Source: a virus
IMG/VR virus record: IMGVR_UViG_3300035698_014365
Span: 12,710-76,709 of that record
Length of the DNA stretch: 64,000 bases
Direction: 5' to 3' (one strand)
Shown here: piece after piece, positions 57,199 to 64,000 of the stretch
Numbering within the stretch: position 1 is the first letter of the stretch
Layout of the letters: each line of letters begins with the position of its first letter
The notes under the pieces: generated by a model
The model's input: the letters and a program-made list of their open reading frames with translations, nothing else
What the model was told of the DNA's origin: nothing
The model's database searches: none
Made by a program: the position numbers and the translations under genes

Positions 57199-57421
57199 CC
57201 TCGGCCACCATACGCGCCTCCCGGGCCAGAAATGATGCTACCGTAGACAAATGGGATGAGTGGTACGATCGCTTTCCTTGGGAGATGCCCGTCCACAGGA
57301 GAACCACTGGGCCCGAGCACAGGTACAATACCGGAAAGGCCCCGGCTGTGAATCCGGTGCCGCGGGGGATGTGGGACCCGGATGTCAGATACCCAATTAT
57401 CAAGGGACGGAGGAGCTACTG

Positions 57422-57892
57422 ATGAGCAAGCATTTTTGTCCGATTGAGAAGAGAGAGTGCGGGCGGGTCAACACCACAGAGATTCGTGAGCCGTGTTCGT
57501 GTGGGGTTTCCGCCACGTTTGAGTTCTACTTTTCAAGGACGAGCAAATTCGAGCGTTGCCCCTTCCCCTCCAAAATCAAGCCCATCGTGGACCCGGGCGA
57601 GGGGTATGAGCTGGTGCCGGAGGGTGAGACTATCACTGATTGCACCGAGTTCTATTCCCCTTCGCAGAAGGCTTGGCGCAATGCGGAGCGCATTGGCTGC
57701 AACGCCGAGTCCTCCTACACCTACCGTCGCCCCATAGCCAAGGTGTGCCCTGTGACCAAAGAGCGGTGCAAGCGGGCCAAGAGCAGTGATGACCGCACCG
57801 TGTGCACCGCCAGTAATGCCGGGTCATTTGATGTAGACGGGTGGAAGTTCATGGGGTTCAAGCGTTGCCCATTTTGGGAAGGGGGAGCATAG
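57422..57892 (+). CDS. Cys-rich modular hypothetical protein
   Basis: CP..K..C...F.RCPF twice, flanking a DPGEGYELV module; GGAGG RBS. Confidence 0.6.
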   Translation: MSKHFCPIEKRECGRVNTTEIREPCSCGVSATFEFYFSRTSKFERCPFPSKIKPIVDPGEGYELVPEGETITDCTEFYSPSQKAWRNAERIGCNAESSYTYRRPIAKVCPVTKERCKRAKSSDDRTVCTASNAGSFDVDGWKFMGFKRCPFWEGGA

Positions 57893-58324
57893 CATGAAAA
57901 CCCCCCAACCATCACACTCCCCCGTAATTTGCTTCGTCTACATCCAAAATGAGCGGCGCCGAGAGAGCTTCCCCGGTGTCAAATACGAGGTTGCCGGCGA
58001 GTGGACAAAGTGTATCCACCGCGTAACCGCCGACAGTCACCACTACGAGAACACAACTGTTTTTGGCCATTATGACCTCGCCGAGGCAGTCTGCCGTGTC
58101 CATGCCCTGCGCAATATGCCCGTCATCCTGGTGGTCGTGAAGGCCGGAAATGTGCTCATGCGCGTGCTGTACAACAAGAAATTGCTCAAGACACTCGAGG
58201 AAAGGAGCGCCAGTAGTGGAGAGGTATACAAGCAAAGACCCCTTCTTCGTAGCCTCAATAGCTGTCGCACTCCTCTCTTTGGTTATCCTGATTCGCATGT
58301 TCTGCAGCGAAACGGGGTTGCCGT

Positions 58325-58540
58325 ATGAGCGTATCCAGCAAGAAAGTGCACAGGATCAGGACCAAGGACGGCGGCACGATTGATGTCGAGAACTACGGGC
58401 GGGCGAAGGCCATTAAGCTGCAATGCACTGCCTGTTGCGGATTTGGGGAGGCCCACCCGAGAGATTGTACGGATAAATACTGTCCACTGTACCCGTACCG
58501 CGGGAAGATGCTCGCGGCTTATCACAAGGAGGAGGAATGA
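58325..58540 (+). CDS. Small zinc-binding protein
   Basis: KAIK..C..CCG......C....CPLYPYR. Confidence 0.6.
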   Translation: MSVSSKKVHRIRTKDGGTIDVENYGRAKAIKLQCTACCGFGEAHPRDCTDKYCPLYPYRGKMLAAYHKEEE

Positions 58541-59316
58541 CTATCAAGGTTGTTGGGATGTCCCCAGAAGACACTGCCCATATCGTGCCACCCAACACCA
58601 TCCTCTTGGGGTACGTGGGCTCTATTTCACACGGCACCCAGATCGTCGGGGCCGATTCAATCGACGACCGGGACATGATGGGCTGCGCCCTCGGGCCAGT
58701 TGAGTGCTATCTGGGGCTCAAAAAGTTCGAGCAGAGAGAGTGCAAGCGCGGCGTCTGGGACTCGGTTATCTATGAACTCCGGAAGTTCGTGCACCTCCTC
58801 CTGAAGCAGAACCCCAACGTCATGGGGTTGCTGTGGTTACAGCGCAAGGACTACATCCACATCTCCCCGCACGGCCAGTTGCTCATCGACAACCGCGAGA
58901 TGTTCATGTCGCTCAAGGCGTACCACAGCTTCGTAGGATATGCCCACAGCCAGCTTCACCGCATGACACACGGCGCATACCAAGGCTACATGGGACAGAA
59001 GCGCAAGGCCCTGGTTGACCGGTTCGGCTACGACACAAAGAACGCCGCCCACCTCATTCGGCTGCTCAGAATGGGCATTGAGTACCTGAAAGAGGGGCAA
59101 CTACACGTGTTCAGAGAGGACAACGTAGAGCTCAAGGCCATCAAAAAGGGTGAGTGGTCGCTCGAGCGAGTGCAGAAAGAAGCCGAGGATCTGTTCCGAC
59201 TGGCAAAGGAAGCACATGTGCGGTCCGCGCTGCCACCCGAGCCAAACTATGATGGTGCAGAACGGTTGCTTGTGTCAATTATCAAGGACGTTTTTGGGTG
59301 GAAGGAGGAGGGATGA
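58537..59316 (+). CDS. Pol-beta-superfamily nucleotidyltransferase (YcgL/Nuc-transf-like)
   Basis: GSISHG......DDRD.MG, YELRKF, NPNV, GYA, YDTKNAAHLIRLL. Confidence 0.85.
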   Translation: MTIKVVGMSPEDTAHIVPPNTILLGYVGSISHGTQIVGADSIDDRDMMGCALGPVECYLGLKKFEQRECKRGVWDSVIYELRKFVHLLLKQNPNVMGLLWLQRKDYIHISPHGQLLIDNREMFMSLKAYHSFVGYAHSQLHRMTHGAYQGYMGQKRKALVDRFGYDTKNAAHLIRLLRMGIEYLKEGQLHVFREDNVELKAIKKGEWSLERVQKEAEDLFRLAKEAHVRSALPPEPNYDGAERLLVSIIKDVFGWKEEG

Positions 59317-59501
59317 AAGTCGGAAACTTCGATGTAGACGTTTGGGGGTCTGGGTATCCGGTGTGGATTCTCATCAAGCACAATGGTCAGGAGCTGAAGT
59401 TCACCCACGGCGAACTTGCCGACTTGGAATACGTCATGAAGAAGGCTCGGATAGAGGCCACAAAGAGTCTCCCTGAGAAATACAGGGCAGAAATAGGTTG
59501 A
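59313..59501 (+). CDS. Hypothetical protein
   Basis: 62 aa; GGAGG RBS; ATGA coupling. Confidence 0.5.
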   Translation: MKVGNFDVDVWGSGYPVWILIKHNGQELKFTHGELADLEYVMKKARIEATKSLPEKYRAEIG

Positions 59502-59640
59502 CTTCCGAATCCCCTTGTCGTAAGTTGAGGGTATGGTCGGACAAGCCTTCGATACTACTACGTGACCAGCTACCCGTGGGAATCAACCCCTCGCCTGTGT
59601 GCATTCTGTGCTTGTCCGGCCATTTTGCACACGGGGCGGG
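59498..59640 (+). promoter_or_regulatory. Replication promoter and structured 5' leader
   Basis: TTGACT-17 nt-TAAGTT; two competing stems in the leader (see findings). Confidence 0.55.
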
Positions 59641-59658
59641 CTCTACTTTGGGAAATTA

Positions 59659-60663
59659 ATGCCTTTCACAAAGCTCGACACAAACATCCTCGATAGCAGC
59701 ATCTGGGCCGAGTCTCTTGCAACCAGGGTGGTCTGGGTGGCCTTTCTCGCGAAAGCAGATCAGCACGGGTTTGTCGCCACATCCAGAAGCGGAATGCTGA
59801 GGGCGGCAAACGTGCCAGAGCAGGAGTTCGACGCCGCGATAAGCTGCCTTGAGTCCCCAGATCCAGACTCTCGCACGCCCGACAACGAGGGGCGCAGGAT
59901 AGAGAGAGTGGTTGGGGGGTGGACGGTTCTTAACTACAAGAAATACCGTGAGATGCGCGGAGAAACGGTGGATACGCGAAGGACAAAGGATGGATATGTG
60001 TATTTTGCCGGCACCGGAGACCGCGTTAAAATAGGGTATTCGCTCAATCCGTGGAGTCGAGTAAACGACCTAAGGGTTGCAAATCCGGCCATTATTCTCT
60101 ACGGATCATACAAGGCCCCGATGTCTGTAGAGAAAGAACTCCACGAAAGATTTGCCGTGGCAAACATAGAGCGAGAGTGGTTTTCTCTCACAGAAGAACT
60201 CTCGCAAGTCATTGAACAACTTACAGGAAAGACTACGGTAGGTGCTACCAAAGGGGCTACGGTAGCTACTTCCTCTGTATCTGCTTCTGTATCTGTATCT
60301 GCTTCTGTAAAGAAGGAAAAGCCTTTATGGAAAAGATCGTTTCTTGCCTACAAGGTAAATCACGATACGGCGTACGCGATGTTGCGCTCAAATGATGTGT
60401 GGATGGCAGAGCGCAGAAAATTTCACCCGGGCCTCGACATTCTCCTGTCGATGGAAAAGGCGGCAACTGAATACTGGGGCACGGAGGCTGGCTGGAAGAA
60501 GAGGAAGTCCTCACAGACCCTTACCCTTGACTGGACGAAAACCTACATCAATGTCCTGTCGATGAAAAATAATCAGGTCTGGCTTCCGCGGGAACAGCAA
60601 CAGGCGGCGAGTTCCTACGCACCCAACCCACTACCCGGGCCGGAGAAGTTGGAAAAACCATGA
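59659..60663 (+). CDS. Phage replication initiator with an inserted GIY-YIG/T5orf172-like domain
   Basis: FTKL...ILDSSIW...L..PDP.SR....GRRI N-domain; GYVYF...VKIGYS.NP..R...E..LH..F.....EWF; upstream of DnaB. Confidence 0.75.
   Translation: MPFTKLDTNILDSSIWAESLATRVVWVAFLAKADQHGFVATSRSGMLRAANVPEQEFDAAISCLESPDPDSRTPDNEGRRIERVVGGWTVLNYKKYREMRGETVDTRRTKDGYVYFAGTGDRVKIGYSLNPWSRVNDLRVANPAIILYGSYKAPMSVEKELHERFAVANIEREWFSLTEELSQVIEQLTGKTTVGATKGATVATSSVSASVSVSASVKKEKPLWKRSFLAYKVNHDTAYAMLRSNDVWMAERRKFHPGLDILLSMEKAATEYWGTEAGWKKRKSSQTLTLDWTKTYINVLSMKNNQVWLPREQQQAASSYAPNPLPGPEKLEKP
60231..60309 (+). repeat. Short repeats inside the initiator gene, putative replication origin
   Basis: CTACGGTAG twice and TCTGTATCTGCTTCTGTA twice in the low-complexity linker, as in lambda O-type origins. 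Confidence 0.5.
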
Positions 60664-61997
60664 CCGACCGCATCCCCCCATCCTCCCCTGACACCGAGCG
60701 CTCCGTTCTGGGCTCCTGCCTCATTTCTGGCCGCAAAACGGTGGCCAACGCTATCAACGCGGGCCTGGACGAGAGCGATTTCTACCTCTCAGCCCACCGA
60801 AGCATCTGGTCAGCAACGGCCTCGGTGTGGGATTCTGGCCATGAGCCCGACCTTGAGACTGTCCACGACTCACTGCTTGCATCCGGTCTGGCCGACACCT
60901 GTGGTGGCACCCCGTATCTGTCAGAATTGATGAATATGGCCTCTTCTCCCAACCTGCTGCCATGGGTCAAGATTCTCAAGCAATATTCTTCACGGCGCCG
61001 AATGATAGCAGTTGGCAATAAAATGGCCGAGCGGGCCTACGACATGGAGATTCCTACAAAAACCCTCGAGGCCGACGCTCAGGACGACGTATTCACCAAT
61101 GTCGTGTCGCTGGATGTCGATCACCGACCGCGGCTGGTCAAGGAGCTCATCCCTGAGTTCTTCGAGAGGGTTAAGGGATATTCTGAAGGCTCCATTCAGG
61201 GAATTAAAACAGGGTTCGCTGGTCTGGACGCGCGTATCGGAGGGTTTATGAATTCTGACCTCATAATCCTCGCAGGACGGCCCTCAATGGGCAAGACCTC
61301 CTTTGCCCTGTCTGTGGGGCTGGGAGCCGCTACAAAAGATTCTTCCGTGCTTTTTTGCAGCATTGAGACCTCTACAGCACAGCTCATGGAACGCCTGATG
61401 TGCATGGAGGCCGGAGTTGAGATGTCGCAGCTACGCGCCGGCACGCTTCCACAGAGAGAATTTCCCAAGCTGACCATCGCCGCGGGGCCAATGGAAAGCG
61501 CGACACTGCGCATAGACGACACTCCGAGCCTCACGGTCGCCCAAGTCCGCAGCAAATTAATGCGCACCGAGGGAATAAAGCTGCTGATTGTCGATTACCT
61601 GCAGTTCATGGACGGCCCGGGCAAGCCTGGTAATGAGAAAACGAGCGCCATCAGCAAGGGCATGAAAATGATTGCCAAGGAATTTGATATCCCTGTGATA
61701 TTACTCAGTCAGTTGTCGCGCGCGGTTGAGCAGAGGGGTGGAGACAAGCGGCCGCAGTTGTCGGATCTGCGTGACAGCGGGGCCATTGAGCAGGACGCCG
61801 ATGTGGTGATATTCGTGTACCGCGGTGAATATTATTTCCGCGAAGACGAGTCGCTGAAGGGAAAAGGGGAATTAATTGTTTCGAAGCAGCGCAACGGGCC
61901 GATAGGGTTTGTGCCGCTGGAATGGCAGTCGTCATTCGCCAGATTCGCGAGCCCCAAGTACGGGGAAACAGAGCCTGGCTGGGAGGATGATATTTAA
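60660..61997 (+). CDS. dnaB: Replicative DNA helicase
   Basis: AGRPSMGKT, IVDYLQ, LSQLSRAVEQR, LSDLRDSGAIEQDAD, KQRNGP. Confidence 0.96.
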   Translation: MTDRIPPSSPDTERSVLGSCLISGRKTVANAINAGLDESDFYLSAHRSIWSATASVWDSGHEPDLETVHDSLLASGLADTCGGTPYLSELMNMASSPNLLPWVKILKQYSSRRRMIAVGNKMAERAYDMEIPTKTLEADAQDDVFTNVVSLDVDHRPRLVKELIPEFFERVKGYSEGSIQGIKTGFAGLDARIGGFMNSDLIILAGRPSMGKTSFALSVGLGAATKDSSVLFCSIETSTAQLMERLMCMEAGVEMSQLRAGTLPQREFPKLTIAAGPMESATLRIDDTPSLTVAQVRSKLMRTEGIKLLIVDYLQFMDGPGKPGNEKTSAISKGMKMIAKEFDIPVILLSQLSRAVEQRGGDKRPQLSDLRDSGAIEQDADVVIFVYRGEYYFREDESLKGKGELIVSKQRNGPIGFVPLEWQSSFARFASPKYGETEPGWEDDI

Positions 61998-62112
61998 CGC
62001 CGTCTCAGGCACCCTCCGCGACTCATCCTGGGCGCGGTATGTGAACGGGCACAGAGGAAACTCTGTGTGGGTGTCTGGGGCGGCCACCCCAACAGGAGAG
62101 AGTGACACATGA
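61987..62112 (+). CDS. Small array gene (41 aa) ending in the repeat B peptide ATPTGESDT
   Basis: Overlaps the dnaB end; coupled to the next ATG. Confidence 0.45.
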   Translation: MIFNAVSGTLRDSSWARYVNGHRGNSVWVSGAATPTGESDT

Positions 62113-62630
62113 GACCAGTAATGCAGACGAAGCTCGGGAAGGTTGACGGGAATTGCCTCCAGGCGTGTATCGCCTCTTTGCTGGAGGTGCCCGTTGAGGA
62201 GATGCCCGATGTAATCAGTGATGATGATTGGGTAGATGAAACCAATGCGACCCTTAAGCCATACGGGTACTACTACATGTCTTTTGTGCAGAACCCAGAA
62301 ATCCAGTTCCCACTCCGTGGCTACCATGTCATTCATGGAGACGATGGCCCACACGGGCACAACCACTGTGTTGTTGGGAAGTGCGGGGAGCCTGTGCATG
62401 ACCCCCACCCGTCAAAGCCGGGAGTCAACGGGACAATCACCTACGGGATTCTCGTACCGCTCTCTCCCGCCACCCCCACCGCTACGACTGAGGGGTGTGA
62501 GGGGTGTGGATGGTCAGAACTCGGTGGGCCACACCTGTTGTGTGGGAGTTGCCGCCAGTGTACTCGCATGAAACGTGAGCCGCCAACTGATAACTTCACA
62601 CCCAAGACGGGAGAGGATGGCAATGGCTGA
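62109..62630 (+). CDS. Modular array protein: peptidase-C39-like N-module, PTATTEG linker, Cys module
   Basis: Q...GNC.QACIASLL...H.VV...VHDPHP N-module; repeat-encoded linker. Confidence 0.7.
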   Translation: MRPVMQTKLGKVDGNCLQACIASLLEVPVEEMPDVISDDDWVDETNATLKPYGYYYMSFVQNPEIQFPLRGYHVIHGDDGPHGHNHCVVGKCGEPVHDPHPSKPGVNGTITYGILVPLSPATPTATTEGCEGCGWSELGGPHLLCGSCRQCTRMKREPPTDNFTPKTGEDGNG

Positions 62631-62883
62631 ACCATATAGAGATAAATTTCTGCGCCAGTGCGAAGAGGACATTGGGCATAAACCCAATTGGAAAACCGAT
62701 GATTATACGGAATGGTTGGAGGCTAGGTATCTGGTATTGCTTACCACAAGCCCCACCCCCACCGCTACGACTGAGGGGTGCAAGACATGTGGCGGGAAGA
62801 AGTACGTGCCCGATAGCGACTTCGATGGTGAGCCTACGCCATGCCCCGACTGCGGGGGAACAGGAGAGAGTGACAATGGCTGA
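62623..62883 (+). CDS. Modular array protein: N-module, PTATTEG linker, DnaJ-type CxxCxG finger
   Basis: CKTCGG...CPDCGGTGESDNG. Confidence 0.7.
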   Translation: MAEPYRDKFLRQCEEDIGHKPNWKTDDYTEWLEARYLVLLTTSPTPTATTEGCKTCGGKKYVPDSDFDGEPTPCPDCGGTGESDNG

Positions 62884-63304
62884 ACTGATGACACAGCGCG
62901 AATTCATACAGTTCGTTTCCGAGGTATCGACAACAGAGTACGCCGCGTCAGAGCAACTTGCTGGCCTGCGCAACACGGCAAGGCGACTTCTGGCCGCCAC
63001 CCCCACCGCTACGTGTAATGAGTGCGGGAACCCGCCAGCTCTGCACCGCTCTCACTGCCCCACCTCCACCGCTACGACTGAGGGGGAGTGCTATACCTGT
63101 AAGGGTGATGGGGAAATAGTGGAAGTGTCCCACGAAACCAACTCTGCCGATGTTGTGCCATGCCCTGACTGTGCCACCGCTACGACTGAGGGGGCGTGTC
63201 CCGAAGACTGTATACAACGCGCAGGGCGGTCGTGCCTGCTCAGCACCAACCATTGCACACGCAGGGCAGAGGATTTCTACACCCCAACAGGAGAGAGTGA
63301 CTAA
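62876..63304 (+). CDS. Modular array protein with three Cys modules separated by repeat A
   Basis: MAEL start; PTAT-CNEC, TATTEG-CYTCKG, TATTEG-CPEDC; ends TPTGESD. Confidence 0.7.
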   Translation: MAELMTQREFIQFVSEVSTTEYAASEQLAGLRNTARRLLAATPTATCNECGNPPALHRSHCPTSTATTEGECYTCKGDGEIVEVSHETNSADVVPCPDCATATTEGACPEDCIQRAGRSCLLSTNHCTRRAEDFYTPTGESD

Positions 63305-63305
63305 C

Positions 63306-63458
63306 ATGGACACACAGTTATTTGCTGACCCGGTTTTCTGGCAAGGCGCGATGGTAGGAGTTTCCATCACATGCGTGCTGATTATATCCATTGGCAGCAC
63401 TATACGCTGGCTGGTGGAGAGGTCGCCACCCCAACAGGAGAGAGTGACACATGGCTGA
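63306..63458 (+). CDS. Small membrane protein in the array (50 aa)
   Basis: Hydrophobic helix GAMVGVSITCVLIISIG; bounded by two B repeats. Confidence 0.55.
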   Translation: MDTQLFADPVFWQGAMVGVSITCVLIISIGSTIRWLVERSPPQQERVTHG

Positions 63459-63666
63459 ACTGACTGATAGACAGAACTTCTCGTGTGAATGTGACTATTG
63501 CAGCAATGACGAGTCTCCATTATGCCCACGCAACAAGGCCCCCACCGCTACGACTGAGGGGTGTGAGACGTGCGGGGGGAAGAAGTACGTGCCCGATAGC
63601 GACTTCGATGGTGAGCCTACGCCATGCCCCGACTGCGGGGGAACAGGAGAGAGTGACAATGGGTGA
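63451..63666 (+). CDS. Modular array protein: Cys N-module, PTATTEG linker, duplicated DnaJ-type finger
   Basis: C-module nearly identical to that of 62623-62883. Confidence 0.7.
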   Translation: MAELTDRQNFSCECDYCSNDESPLCPRNKAPTATTEGCETCGGKKYVPDSDFDGEPTPCPDCGGTGESDNG

Positions 63667-64000
63667 ACTGAAAATCGCAATCACGTATGATGGCCCACTG
63701 GACACCGGGGTTGACGATAGGTTGCGCAAGGCCATGGAGTCCATCGGTGGCAAATGGTACGCACAAGGCACAGACCGTACCACTGGCGTGCGCGACTTGG
63801 CCTTTGACTTGGGTGCAGCCCCCACCGCTACGACTGAGGGGGGCGATGGGTCGCCGTGTCCGCAATTCTCAAGGGAACTTGTGCCAGACGGTGACAACCA
63901 CCACCACACAGAGGTTCCATGGTGCAATTCTGGGGGCGTAATGAGAGCGGGCCACGCCGAAGACTGCCGATGCCTAAAGTGCCACAGAGAACACAAGGGA
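63659..64000 (+). CDS. Modular array protein, truncated by the window end
   Basis: Read by hand: MGELKIAITYDG...LGAAPTATTEGGDGSPC...CRCLKC; no stop before 64000. Confidence 0.65.
   Translation, partial: MGELKIAITYDGPLDTGVDDRLRKAMESIGGKWYAQGTDRTTGVRDLAFDLGAAPTATTEGGDGSPCPQFSRELVPDGDNHHHTEVPWCNSGGVMRAGHAEDCRCLKCHREHKG

Larger units (their letters stand above)
62083..63841 (+). repeat. Interspersed coding repeats A (CCCCACCGCTACGACTGAGGGG, 7 copies) and B (ACAGGAGAGAGTGAC, 5 copies plus 1 variant)
   Basis: A at 62474, 62757, 63001 (partial), 63064, 63174, 63540, 63820; B at 62092, ~62607 (variant), 62860, 63287, 63434, 63643. Confidence 0.92.
1..64000. mobile_element. Tailed dsDNA phage/prophage genome segment (podovirus-like; ends not in window)
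   Basis: Terminase, portal, capsid, tail and internal virion genes on the - strand; replication initiator and DnaB on the + strand; dense, translationally coupled ORFs; no tape measure or sheath gene seen. Confidence 0.95.

Noticed and set aside
62757-63671. Diversity-generating retroelement TR/VR pair
   Set aside because: The differences are not adenine-specific and are mostly synonymous; no reverse transcriptase in the window
62474-63841. CRISPR array interpretation of repeat A
   Set aside because: Spacing is irregular (~60-370 nt), the repeats are in-frame coding linkers, and no cas genes are present
1-64000. tRNA/rRNA genes, integrase, att sites, endolysin
   Set aside because: None recognised by eye; they may lie outside the window, and a tRNAscan/Infernal run would be needed to exclude RNA genes

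Overview
The whole window looks like a large part of a tailed (podovirus-like) dsDNA phage or prophage genome in two divergent arms; no integrase or host genes were recognised. The minus-strand arm (~1-50.7 kb) runs, from its promoter end: terS, a dual-frame C5 DNA methyltransferase, an HNH-AP2 gene, terL, a Tad1-like anti-defence sponge, and a ~19 kb glycan-modification cluster (about 10 glycosyltransferases, 6 methyltransferases, 4 LicD-type transferases, a DegT aminotransferase, a radical SAM/SPASM protein, and kinase-like and ParB-like genes). It continues with portal, scaffold, major capsid, tail adaptor/nozzle genes, internal virion proteins (including a 1991-aa protein with an embedded GGDEF-like domain) and a holin-like gene. 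The plus-strand arm (~51-64 kb) carries small early genes, RHH regulators, a Pol-beta-type nucleotidyltransferase, a replication initiator and a DnaB helicase. It ends in an array of short genes built from modules joined by two recurring in-frame DNA repeats (PTATTEG and TGESD/MAEL), which runs off the window end. The most notable items are that repeat-delimited modular array, the glycan cluster between terL and portal, and the GGDEF-like domain in the putative ejection protein. All family assignments come from motifs recognised by eye; no database search was run.
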